64,000 nucleotides of DNA, taken from Octopus bimaculoides (Eukaryota). The stretch is taken from the NCBI RefSeq assembly GCF_001194135.2, contig NC_068992.1, forward strand, positions 6,823,517-6,887,516, in the 5' to 3' direction. Positions 36,987 through 50,508 of the stretch are shown here, piece by piece (position 1 is the stretch's first letter; each line of letters starts with the position of its first letter). The notes beneath the pieces are model-generated. The model was not told the origin of the DNA. It searched no databases and saw only the letters and a program-made list of their open reading frames with translations. Made by a program: the position numbers and the translations under genes.

Positions 36987-39778
36987 GTATCAATACCCAA
37001 TATTTCTGCTGTTTGTATCTTTTATCTTTTTTCTCCGTTCATCTCCAGGCAGCCATTCTCTTTTACCTTCCCCCTCCCTGTTGTCTCTCTCTTTAGATAA
37101 ATATGTCTATTTTACAATAGTGTTGTACAATAGGTATTGGTTTCATCAATGTGTAAATTCAAAGTATTCTTTGACGTTTTTTTAGACACACAAACAAAAA
37201 CAAAAAATGCATCTAGCACCACACATCCCACCCCTCAAAAAAGAATAACATCAAAAAACAGATTATAATCTTAACCCCCACCATTCGAATTCATTTTTGA
37301 TTTTTGTGCAGAATGCTGGGAATCAATAACTAACTAACACAATTTATTCCAATAGAAGGAGAGAAGTATTTGTATTTTTGCTTGACTGGATTTATTTCCT
37401 ATTGTTCTTCATGTTGATGATCTTTTTTCAGCTCCAAGCACCTGTTCATTCAGAAAATTTCCTAGTTTATATAGAAATTTTTCCTTTTCTTTCTTTGAGC
37501 TGGGTGTTTTGTTTATTCATTTGTTGTTTTTGTTTTGCAATATGTAAAGTTTGCATATGGTAAACTTAACTAAATCTGTAAAGTTTACATATGGTTAAAC
37601 TAGCTATATATATAATTACAATTAGGTATTTCTTTCTCATTTCTCAATATCTGTAACTCTCTCTCTTTCTCTCTCTCTCTCTCTCTACCTGTGTCTTTCC
37701 TTCTCGCACTACCTATCTATCTGATTCACACATACATATCCACATGCAAATTCATTATTTCATATACACAAACACACGTACATATATCTATACATAAGTT
37801 CATTATCTCTTTTCAAAGCAGACATTAACTCCTACCCCTCTCCTTCTCTTTTTTATATTCCAAAGACTTTCAATAGCTGATTATCAATTCACCTGCGAAT
37901 AGTGCATCTTAAAATTCAATAACATACATAACAACAGTGTATTTTACTGAATAGAATTTTGTTGGAAATTCTACTAAAAGAATGGTAGCATTCTTGTAGT
38001 GGTGGTGGAGATTTTGTAACACACACACATACATCTGACTATTACTAATGAATGAGTAGACCTCTATGTGATGTGTATATATATTCTCATGAACTTGTAT
38101 ATAATTTCATCTCATTAAAATATTTGCTTCTGTTTGACATCTCACTCTATAAAAATTTAAGTTAATTATTCATTTATTTCATCTACTAACAATTTAGCTT
38201 TTGAGTTTGTAAGTATAAATCATTATGGCTAAATTATAATTTTTCATTTTTTAGACAACTGGACTATATTAAAGATTAGCAGGATGAGTGAAGCTTTAGA
38301 CAAAGTAAAATTTAAATTTAAGATTTTAATTTAAATAACTTGGATAGGTTTTGGCCATTATTGGCCCTAGCCATGTCCAACCTAAGAGCATCACCTGAAG
38401 TAGTCTTTTAATTCATAATTCAGGACATCATAGCTCATTGTTTGCTGAGATGTATGCAGATATCAGTTGTTTGATTGGTTTTTCTTGGAGAAATTTGTCT
38501 TTGTATCACTTAAATGTTATAGGGTCTTTTGCTTCTTTGATTTCTTTTAGAATTACATTGAATAAGGTTGGATTAGTTGAGTTAAAGAAAAAGTTATGCT
38601 GCAATGTTATAATGTGATGTGATAATTTTTTTTTTTTACTGGCAGGAAATGGCCCTGGAACCTTGTGTAATTTGTGAACTTACATTGGGGAGAATGAACA
38701 TTGAGTTTTTTTTTAATGATTCCAAAAGTCAAGGCTTACCATGCTATTTATTAATACTAACAAAAGAAGTCAGTTTTGATTGAGCCAGATTTATGAAAAA
38801 AGGTATTCTAACCATGACAATGCCTCACTTTGTATATCTCGGAGTACAATATCCAGTGTGTACTTATTTTTTAAGAAGACTGAGTGTGATTTGAGGGTGA
38901 TTTGGTTGCTCTTTGTAGCTGGTTGAATAATTGTGTAAAGGCACATTTGATTGATTGGCAAACAAGAAGTTTTGTATCAAGGAACCTGAAACACTTTCAA
39001 GCGAACTGATATCAAAAGAATCATTAAAACCATGTCTCTGCAGCCATGTAATTTAAACCACTGAGGGATGGAGAATAGTCTGAGTTGTTTAAATTAGAGA
39101 GACCTTTGTAAGAGAAAAATCTGTTTAATGTAACTGACTTCAATATCATTATATCATTATATATAACAACTTTTCTATAGAAGCTCATCAACAGTCTCTA
39201 TGAAAAGTAATCAACTTTGTATTGTTAATTTCTAAATAGTGTGGCATAACTTTTTTATACTGAATAAATGGTGAAAACCAGAGTAAATCCAATTATTAAT
39301 TATATTATCTGTTGCAGAATAATTTGATTTGTAGAATTATGTAGAATTATGTTAACAATGGCTAAAATTTGATAGCAAAGAGAATACTTAAATAATATGA
39401 AACTGTCTGGAAAGAAATGATTTCATGATTATTATTAGTGAAAGAGCGAGTGACAGTTCAAAACGGTCATCTGCAAATTCTGATATGATAAATAATTCAT
39501 GGTTATGAAGTGACGATTCTCTAAAAATTTGAAAGATAACTTGGCAGCCTGGAAATTTAATAGTTATGTTTAATAAATAGTATATGAATAGGGTAAAATA
39601 GATATCTTTTTATTATTGAATATCATTTAATAGGGAGTTTTTAAGTCTGAATACCTTTCATGAATGTCACTTTTGCAAAATACTAATGGCACTTCGCATT
39701 TAGAATTCAACATGAGGTTCATATATTAAAAAAAATTATATTATCTAATACATATTATTTAAATCTCTTCTGCACAGT

Positions 39779-39814
<36 letters not shown>

Positions 39815-41520
39815 GCGCGTGTGTCCATATGTACATATCTTATATACCCTTCAAATATGAAGGGTATATTCATTCCCATTACCCTTCAAATATGATAGAA
39901 AAGTTCACTCATACTAGATATACAAAATAGTTTAAAGTTCATCAAACTGTATAACAAACCTGCACATTTAAAACCTAATTTTAACATTTTATATTACAAA
40001 GTAAGAAAGGTAGATATTTTTTTTATTTCCTCTTTTAGCCAGAAGAAGAAAGGCAAATGCCATGACCTTTTCAGGGCCTCTGAGATTACTGGGAGAAAAG
40101 AAAGAAAGAAACCACAACACATGAAATGCTACAATAGGAAGCTGCACACAAGTAAATCTTTTAGCAGAGATCTAATCCAACAGCTTGTGATAAAGTGAAC
40201 TGGGTGCTTAAGGTACTCAAGCAGATATTAATAATTAAATTAAATTCTTCCTGTCAAATGTAATCATATGCCACCCTGACAAGAATTCTGAAATAAAAAA
40301 TTAGCAGAAAAGTTGATAAACTCCTGTAAGAAATCAGACTGTTATGTAATAGAAATGGTAAAATTTCCTAAATTCGTGCACTTTAAAGAAAAGTGAGTCT
40401 TGTCTTCTTTGAAAATATTAAAACTGTGTTTTGGAAGGCTGAGGAGGACTTCATTTTCAGCCTTCCAACACACTTCTCGCATTTCTTTAAAGAAAAATCT
40501 GGTGTAGAGCTTTCAAACTCACCTCTTATCAACAAATGTTGATAATGGCTTTCTACTAATGCAGACCATCATTAGTTTACTTTTTTTATTTTTATTATGT
40601 GGCAGCATGGCTTTTGTGATGTAGAAGCTGCTTTGTATTGCTTCCGTATCTTTATTGATTTCTAAAACAACATTTGGATGACTTCAGTGTTGATCTATTG
40701 CATTTGGATGTTTCCAGAACATTCAATGATGTCAACTATATTGTGATCAATGTTGTTGTTCCTGTTGAAGCTCCAGGTCAGAGCTAATCAAGCAGACATA
40801 TGTTTAGTGTTGTTGGAAAACTTTGTAAATAAACATACGTTGAGTTTGACAAAGTTGAAAAACTTGGAATAACTGTAATCTTTATTTTTTTATTCTTTTA
40901 CAAGTCTCAGCCGATGAGTTATGGTCATGCTGGGGCACTGCCATCATGTGAGATTAAATATAATTGAAATACTGCAAAACTAAGCTATACATTGATTTTA
41001 ACACAATGTTGATGAACAGAGAATAAACTTCATGACTCTTGCTCTTTATGTGAGTCAGTTTGTTACTTCCTGTTGAATTCTTTTCACAGAATTCAGAAAC
41101 CTATATTCAATGCAAAAAGAATCATCTTGGTATTATTTCTATGTATGATAGATCTTGCAGATATTCCTCAGAAACCTAAGTACTTGATTACACCACAAAG
41201 ACACAATTTAACAAGGGATTCTCTATATGGTCACACATTCTGCAAGAAATAGCAACCACATCCTTTCTATATCTCAACCTGATATATGTTCAGTATAGAC
41301 TATTGTGTAGAAATAAAGAAAAAAGATGGGATAGTCGTGGCTTTTGATCATAAGTCTACTAAATCAAGACTGACCTGTGAGTAAAGAACAAATGACCACG
41401 ATCTCTAAAATAAATACAGATTTCACTGCAAGTAAAAAATAGAGTTGCACTAAAAGTATGTTGATGTCTACTAATCAGTAGATAAAACAGATTCTTAAAA
41501 GATGTACGTGCTGGCTCTTC

Positions 41521-41772
41521 TGCAGGTGGCACGTAAAAAACACCATTTTGAGTGTGGCCGTTGCCAGTACCGTGTGACTGGCCCTCATGCCGGTGGCACA
41601 TAAAAGCACCCACTACATTCTCAGAGTGGTTGGCATTAGGAAGGGCATCCAGCTGTAGAAACTCTGCCAGATTCAGATTGGAGCCTTGTGCAGCCATCCG
41701 GTTCACCAGTCCTCAGTCAAATCGTCCAACCCATGCTAGCATGGAAAGAGGACATTAAACGATGATGATGAT
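41521..41772 (+). mobile_element. Short retroposon family C
   Basis: Colinear with 4488-4743 from the same 5' point. Ends gacattaaacgatgatgatgatg. Confidence 0.9.
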
Positions 41773-42816
41773 GTACCTAGCAATTTTAGTTACTGATCTA
41801 TCAACTTCCATGTAATTTCTTTCTTGAACTGGTCAAATTTTAATAACACATTGAAATTCCTTATGAGACACATTTTTTTGTTTAGTGATGCATCATTTCA
41901 ACTCTAGATGTAACCTGTACAACAGATATATAAAAGATCCTTCAGAACATTTGTACAAGTAAGCATGGAGCCTTGTTTCGACTACATGACAAAAAATATG
42001 CATTCTTTTTTAGATGAATAGATAATTACAGCAAGTTCTAGAATATTTGAGCAGTTGATATCTTTTACCACTTATATATTTTTTCAGGATATGCATAAAT
42101 TAATTATAAAATTAATTATGACAGTTTTTAATTGTATATAAAACACATTAGTGAAACCAAATAAATTTTAATAGAAATTTAAATTGAATTTTATTAGAAT
42201 TATGAAATGAATTTATTATATTCGTAGAATATAACTTTACATGAAGTAACAGACTATTTCCTTTTTTTACACTTATACACACTCACATTTATTTTTATAT
42301 GTGAATGCCTGGTTTAGCTTATTTATTAGAACAATTTGTTTTTGCATCTTTCCATTCTCAAATCAATTAGAGGGCAGAATGCAACATGATTATAAGTGTA
42401 AATTCAAATTTCTAAGTGAACAATGAAGCTTATACTCTTCTGCACTCTAAAATTAATACCCCATCAACTCTTCTAAAATGATTCTTCACTTGAAAATTCT
42501 CTGTATTTTATCTGCCTGAAATCCACTTATATCATTCACCTCTCTTAACTCCATCTCTGCTACAGTGTTTTGTCTCTCTCTCTCCATGACTTACACACAA
42601 GAAATTTACCTCATTCTTTTCTTTTCATATCTATCGCTTTGTTTATGTTCTTACAACAAAAAATTGACCTTCAAAAGTGAACATTTAACCATAAGGTATG
42701 GCTGTATAATTAACAAGTTCACTTCACAACCCTTCATTTACAGGTTCAGTTTCAATGCATAGCACAGTAGGTGTGCTGGACTTGCATTGACTAGTGACTT
42801 GTGAATGAAATTTTTA

Positions 42817-42858
<42 letters not shown>

Positions 42859-42862
<4 letters not shown>

Positions 42863-43100
42863 AGGCACGTGGCTTAGTGGTTAGGGTGTCAGCATCATGA
42901 TTGTAAGATTGTGGTTTCGATTCCTGGACTGGGTGACGCGTTGTGTTCTTGAGCAAAACACTTCATTTCCCGTTGCTCCAGTCCACTCAGCTGGCAAAAA
43001 TGAGTAACGCTGTGATGGCCTGGCATCCCGTCCAGCTTGGGAACACATACGCCATTGAAACCAGGCCCATGAGCCTGGCTAGGCTTTAAAAGGGCACATT
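42859..43100 (+). mobile_element. tRNA-headed SINE family B
   Basis: gtggaggcacgtggcttagtggttagggtg...gtggtttcgattcctggac (A-box and B-box-like), then gtgttcttgagcaaaacacttcattt. Immediately preceded by (TG)n. Confidence 0.85.
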
Positions 43101-43140
43101 TATTTATTTTATTTTATATATATATATATGTATATGCATT

Positions 43141-43387
43141 GGTGTGGCTGTGTAGTAAGAAGTTTGCTTCCCAACCACATGGATTATTATTATTATCATT
43201 ATTGCTATATATATATATATATCATAGGCACCTTTCAGTTTTATTTCCCAGATACACCTATGAGGTTTTGGTCAACCTGGAGCTATAACAGCTATAACAG
43301 AAGACACTTGTCTGAGATGCCATGTAGCTAAGATATAACCCAAGACCATGTGGTTGGGAAGCAAACTTCCTGACCACACAGCCACAC

Positions 43388-43429
<42 letters not shown>

Positions 43430-43570
43430 ATATGTTTCTTTCAGGTATCATCTGCTAAATCCACTTACAAGGCTTTGGTTTGCCCAGGGCTATAATAGAT
43501 GTTCAAGGTGCTATACAGTGGAACTGAACCCTAAACTATGTGATTAGACAGAGAACTACTTAACCACATT
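43141..43570. mobile_element. Cluster of three family A SINE 5' fragments (one plus, two minus)
   Basis: Plus head 43141-43182, minus heads about 43225-43388 and about 43440-43570. Confidence 0.75.
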
Positions 43571-44372
43571 TGCATTCGACTCACTGCACTACTATTAATG
43601 TTTACTCCATAAGTGTTATTAACTGATAAATTTTTCTCCTACTACATTAAGTATGATGCCATCACCTTGCACTGTCTTTACACTAGATTTATCAATTTCA
43701 TTACACACTCAACTGATAGAAACCCTTCTTTAACATGTCTTATTCTCATAGCAGTTGACAATTGTGTTGCTATAACGCTTTCTTGCACAGCCTAAGCATC
43801 TCATTAGTAACACCAATTCCTCTTGAAGCTTTCAGCGTTTCAACATTTCTCACCTTGCTCTTTAGTAACTCACACTGATTTCACAAGTTCAATGGCTGTA
43901 CACGTATCATATATGGGTTAATAAGGAGAGAGAGAGAGAGAGAGAGAGAGAAACAGTAACTGAAAGAGAGAGAAGGATTGAGAAAACATTTATCAAATAT
44001 AAACTAACTTGGATGACAGATATCTTAATATTCAAGTTGAGGAGAGAACTTCTATGAGGTCAATCAGCTTGCCAGGAATAACTTTCAAATCTCTCTCAAG
44101 CCACATTTTATAACCTTAAAAATGCACACAGTGGATAAGGAAGACCAGTACATATACCATAAGAAAAGATTGGATATTCATGTTCAAAACACATTTGGTC
44201 ATAGGTCTGCTTGACCAGTACCACCAAAAACAGCATATTTAAATACTTAACAGGAAGTTGTTTGTTAAGTGTTTGGCATTAGAAACAGAGTGGTGCAGAA
44301 ACAATTGTAACTTACAATACAATTGTACTTTGTTCATTCTTCATCTTCTTGCTTGTACCATTATATACATAC

Positions 44373-44413
<41 letters not shown>

Positions 44414-44638
44414 CACAATTTCAGTACATGAACTTGTTCATTCTTTCACACAAATACTGTATATTTTTATCTTCATTTTTGCAAATGAGAGAACAAAACT
44501 TGTTTCTTCTTAATATCTTGGTTTTTAATATAATATATCAGTGTATAATATAACGTACCTGAGTAACACATGGAACTATCAATGAATATTTGTATACCTC
44601 TATACGTTTATTTACACACATGCACACATACAGAGTGC

Positions 44639-44790
<152 letters not shown>

Positions 44791-45737
44791 ATAAGTGAAC
44801 ACACGCACATATATAAAACCAAATATATATGTGTGTGTATAGTTAAGCATATATGTACACAAACACATATATTGGTTCTAGACTTCTTGGCAAGTGAATG
44901 TAGTTTCTTCTGGCTTAGTAAACATTCGACAATGTTTCATTTTTCCTATCTTGTTAGTTTGTATATGGCTGACTCTAACATTTCGCACCTTTCATAGTCC
45001 TAATCTCTTACCTTACTCACATGCTTAAGATGTAAATTTATAAACAACTTTTATCTAGAAAAGAAAATGTGACGATGGGAAATGGTGACTCGAATAATTT
45101 TGTTTTCTTTTTTTTCTTGTGTCTTTTATTTATTATTTTTTTTAAACTTTATAATCTCCATTCACTTTGAAATCATTTCTATCCTACTGAGACTAATATT
45201 ATGCATAATGGGATTGATCGATTGATGTTTGGAGTTTATTAAACACTGTTTCTTGCTCTCCCATCTTAACACAGCATGGTTAAATTGTATTGCTTGTCTG
45301 ATCAATTCATTTCAACCACAACATCTAACTGCAACCGTAAGAAATAACATCAAGATACTTCAAATCCTTGTTGCATTTTGTTCTATGTATCTGAAGAAGC
45401 CTGGAAGCTAAAACAAGCAAGTTTATGATATCTAAGCTGCATGGTATCAGAACTGATCTTAGATTCTTTGTACTTTTGTCATGCAAAGTGTAATTTGATT
45501 ACACCTTCTGAAAGGTATCCTGTTAAGAGAGATTATTACATGTGTGAATGACACAAAAACTGCAAGAAGTGAAATGGAAGCAAAATACTAAAGGAAAGAA
45601 AAGAAATATTGTTGTTGTTGTTGTTGCTTATAATTCACTTTATTTTCATTAGTAAATCTAGATGAAGGTGCATTTCTAATTCTTGTTGTGTTCTAACAGA
45701 GGCACAAGCCCTTAAATTTTGAGAAGGATGGCTGGTA

Positions 45738-45913
45738 TACAAGGGGGTGCTGAAAAATTCCTAGCTTTAAGGATAATGCAAAAGGCCTGGCTGGAGGTCC
45801 ATCCTTCCGTGTTCTTTTACAGGGTTTAGAAAAACTGAAGGATCGCTGCAATAAGTGTGTGAATCTGAGAGGAGAATATGTTGAATAAAATCATAATTAA
45901 CTGATCCTCCTGT
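45738..45913 (+). mobile_element. Mariner-derived MITE, right end lost at (CA)n
   Basis: tacaagggggtgctgaaaaattcctagct...gatcgctgcaataagtgtgtgaatctgagaggagaatatgttgaa aligns with 7561-7783. Confidence 0.85.
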
Positions 45914-47499
45914 AACACACACACGCACACACACACAACTTCCTTCCAGAACTTGACTGAGATGCATTTTATCAACTCTTAAAAGAGGAAAAAAATTAGC
46001 AAAGTTGATCTTAGCAGGATTTGAACTCGGAACATAACACATTCATAAAATGTTGCCTGCTTCTCTGTCAATTTTGCTGATCTATTGCTCTACTACAGGA
46101 GGAAAAAATTAGCAATTCAGAGTAAATAGTAAATTTTAAGATAAAGAGTTCCAGTGCTCAACCCTTATGGAAACTATTATAACATGCACAATCTCTTGAG
46201 CAAGGTACACAACCCCTCTACCTTTAGTTGACATGATTAGACAAACAAATATATAAAAAAAGCTTTCATCTTAATTCATGATAAGAAAGATAACATCTAG
46301 TAAAAAATGACTAACACTTCATGAGTGAAATTTGGAAGATGGAAACTATGCAGAAGCCTGTCATATATCTTTTTACTGAAGTCCATACCATTTCTATGTT
46401 TATAAGTGTAAACAGGTGCCATGTTACATCCCTTTGTAGTGATTTGAAAGATAGATCACAATAACTTAAGTACCAAACTGGAATTAGTACTGCTGTTGAT
46501 ATGACTGACCAAAAACCCTTGAGGACATTGCTTCATTTTCACCAGAATCTAATGACTGAAACCTATAAAATAAAAGGTGTATAATTAATTATACTGATCA
46601 TCAGGATTTTAATAATTTATTTTTACTGACTACAAAAGGAGGTCAAGTAAAATTGATCCTAGTAAGATTTGAGCTTAGAACGTGAAGGGACATAGGAAAA
46701 TATCACAAAATATTTTGTCCAATGCTCTTCTGATTCTCCCAATTTGATGCCCTACCATTAGAAATAAATATTCATATTAATTATATTATTAGTAAACGGT
46801 TAACTCTAATGTAAAGAGATCCATGACTCAAAGGAGGTGGGAAAGAGGGTTAAAACTACATGCACTAAACATTGGCATCAACAAAAGTCTTTGTATCAGT
46901 TTTCAATATCTATTTTCTGTTTTTGTTTTCTATATTTCAAAAACTTTAGAACAATCCACTTACCTTTCTTTGTCTAAGTCAAAATATTATTATTCTCATG
47001 GCTGTTGCACTTTAAATTGTAGTTGTCATATAAGGAAGTGTTTCGCAGAAGTAGGGCATGAAAACTGAAAAAAAAAGAGGAAGACAAATTTCTGTGTTTA
47101 ATAAAATTAAATTGGTTTAACTTTTTAAACATAACAAACACCAGAGTAAAAAGAAAAACGAAAAATTATGAATGGAAACATTGTTTCACCTTATTAATTA
47201 AGGTAAGAATGATGGAGAAAATTCTATCAGTATTCGTGGTGGTAGAGGCTGGTGCTAGAGACTGCTGATATAAGCTACTTCCTTTCTTTCAAATTTACAG
47301 TAAAACAGTCAATGAATGAAATAAGAAAATAAACTTTGATCTCAGTATTTATCTATTCGACTGCACATGTTTTATTTTCAATTTTTATTTACAATATATG
47401 TCGTTTTAAATATATTTCCATCATATGTCCAAATTACATTAGCATTTTCTCACTTTGTGCTGACATTTTAGAATGTTTCTAGCAACACTGCTTTGCTTA

Positions 47500-48540
47500 A
47501 AATTTTGGTGCAGATTCTTATGATTAGATGTCTTTTCTAGAATCATTTGAAGTTGATACCTTCATGCTTTCACCAAGGAAAATTAATTCAGCGATCTTTC
47601 ATGTGCCCACTGGATAATGTTTCTCATCATAGTGAAAACATGTTACATGTCTTTCACAAAATCCTTCAAACCTTACTTTCATTGTGATTTCTAGTTTCTT
47701 GGTCTTTTTGACATGGTATCATTATGGTCTGCTATCTCTTGCAATCCTCACTTCCAGTATATATGCTCCTACTTACTGTTTTCTCATATTCCATTCAGTA
47801 ACTTTTATAAGTAACATCAGCTGTTTTTGTTGTTTTTTTTTTGCTTGTTTTATCATAAGCTGAATCTGCTAATCCCTAACTTGTCTATATGAGTTATTTA
47901 TACCTAATTTATATGAATGATTGAAACCAGACTCAACCAGAAAACCATCAATTATATCTAAGTGAGAAGGTAGGTTGTCAAACATTAATAATACTTTTAC
48001 TTCACTGGGAGAAAATTTGAGGATAATTTACTCATTGCAGGAATGAAATATGGAAAAATATTAGTCACTAAAGATATGCATGTTTAATCATGATTCTGTG
48101 GACTAGAGATAATGCTGGTGCATTATGTTTTTCAAAAATAAAAGTAGTGCCAACCTTCCCTCCACCACTAACTTTAAAAAGTGCACACTGTCTGCAATTG
48201 GGCAACACAATGTTGAAAAATGTTCTTTGCTTAATTTAGAACCAGATGTAAAAGTTCCATTTTGAAACTTGGATATTCTGGTGTGATTACTAACACAACT
48301 CTCTTTTACTTCCAGTGGAACATTAGGAGTTATCGTACATAATTAAATCAATTAATCTCTTTTTGAATGGTTCAATGTCTTTGGCTGAAGTACCATCTGC
48401 TTCACCATGGGTAATTCTATTACTCTGGTGATCTCTAATCACCATAATCACATGACACTAGATTCGAATTCTTGGTGGTCACATGCCTAACTAGCTTGGC
48501 AGCAGCATTTTCTATTTTGCAGCACTGACTTTATTAACAC
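47500..48540 (-). mobile_element. pogo/Tigger (CENP-B-like HTH plus DDE_1) transposase relic
   Basis: Ordered minus-strand motifs across frameshifts: EFESSVM*LW*L (F.AS.GWL.RF-like), NRITHGEADGTSAKDIEPFKKRLIDLI (about 48350-48420), GSKLSKEHFSTLCCPIADSVHFLKLVVEGR (about 48155-48245; SKER.TV..C.NADG..KL...IGK-like), IFSD*YF, and KVLLMFDNLPSH (47962-47997; LLLLDNAPSH-like). TIRs not seen. Confidence 0.72.
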
Positions 48541-48564
48541 AAATATTAGGGTGTGTGTGTGTAG

Positions 48565-48599
<35 letters not shown>

Positions 48600-49198
48600 C
48601 ATGCATAAAAATATGTTCACATATACATGTGAATGCATACTTGAGTTAGATCAATTAACCGGAATTTTAGTCAATGCTATATCATTAAGCTAAGGCTATT
48701 TTCTTAATATCTTTGAATATAGTAGAATAATGACCCATTAAATTCTATTAGTAATATGTATGTTGTGGAAATTGGATGTGCACCTGCTTCCTGGTAAAAA
48801 AAAGATAATTCCAATATCAGTTTAAAAGAACAAAGAGTTTTGTGTGATATCAAGAACAGAGACACATTCTTTTATCAATACACTATCAAAGTATTCAACT
48901 GGCTTCAACTACATAGATCAGATTCTTTACAGCAAGATAGTTTTCTATTACAGAATCATATTGGACTAAAACAAAGTTACATTGAGACTATACAATTGAT
49001 GTAATGTATACATAAAAACTCATTAAAGTAGTAGTGTAGTGTTATACCTACCATTCCATTCACTAGAACTGACTTGTGTGTGTGTGAAATGAGAGGGGTG
49101 GGGGGGCATGAGTAATGGAAATAAACTCAATCATACTTGGAATAAACTTTTAGACATTCGAAACAAGAGATCTTATACATGAGCAATCATGAGACAAA

Positions 49199-49333
<135 letters not shown>

Positions 49334-50312
49334 TGAATTTTTGTGAATATATCAATGAGTATTTTCATGGTACAAAGAAATGTCATTACATATAGATTTT
49401 TGTGAATATATCAATACAGGAAATAAGCAGTCAAATCTTCCCCAAATCACACCTCTACCATCTTAAATAATAAAAGAATACATTAGATAAGTTAGTTTCC
49501 CTATATGTTCTTCGGAAGACAGGATGGTCACGACTGGAGTGCTTATAGTCATGTATCTGTTTGAGCTAAGCTGATCCTGAGGCTAGATTGCAACAACAGT
49601 TTCATCCCAAAGTTGTGTGAGTTATAGATTTTTAGTGCATTGTAATTTATAGAAAATGGGATTGTGCTGATAGGGTTATACTTTTTTATTATTCAATGAC
49701 TGCCAAAGCTGTGTAACTTATGGATTTTTAATGACTTAAATACGGTGCTGATATTTTATACTAGGCAGAGAAACAAAACTGTTTTTATATAACTTCACTG
49801 CAAATACCTCTGGGTACCTATATGTGATATCCAAGCCCAAACAATAGCAACAGATTCTAAATACTAGAATAATATTAGAAAAGAGAAAAAATATCAGAAA
49901 TAAATTACTGAATGGTAATTTATTTCAGAGGCAAGAATTATATGGAGAAAAACTTAATACACACACACACAGCATATCATACAGGTTATGTGTACTTTAA
50001 TGTACATGCATACAAGTTATACGTCCTTTTATATTCATATATCCAAGTACATTTGACACACATTGCTACATTCACAAAAATCTATGTCTACCTAAAGATA
50101 TACATTACAAAACGTACAATGGCGTATTCATAAAAAATCTATGTATACACATATTTACACACTGGAAAACATGCACTGATATATTCTTCACATACAGAGT
50201 TAAATATTTACACCCAATAAAACACACAAGAACGTATTTGCAAAATTCTTTGTACACATGTATGCATATATATTTACACACCAGAAAACAAGCATATTGA
50301 TTTCTGCATTAC

Positions 50313-50353
<41 letters not shown>

Positions 50354-50450
50354 TCCTCAATATTCAAACACATGATATACTGCAGAATAATGTAGAAAGT
50401 ATGCACAAAATTTGAAAACACTATTTAGTTTATTTATTTATTTTCTTTTA

Positions 50451-50453
<3 letters not shown>

Positions 50454-50508
<55 letters not shown>
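50454..50508 (+). repeat. (TG)n microsatellite
   Basis: Read directly. Confidence 0.97.

Noticed and set aside
38256-38710. Two strong plus acceptors that could give ...MSEALDK/EMALEPCVICELTL...
   Set aside because: The CVIC motif is not followed by the rest of a RING finger, and the second segment has no good donor.
42859-42935. tRNA-like sequences here and at 5224, 5550, 22130 and 53930
   Set aside because: They are SINE heads that run into SINE bodies, with no complete cloverleaf, so they are not tRNA genes.
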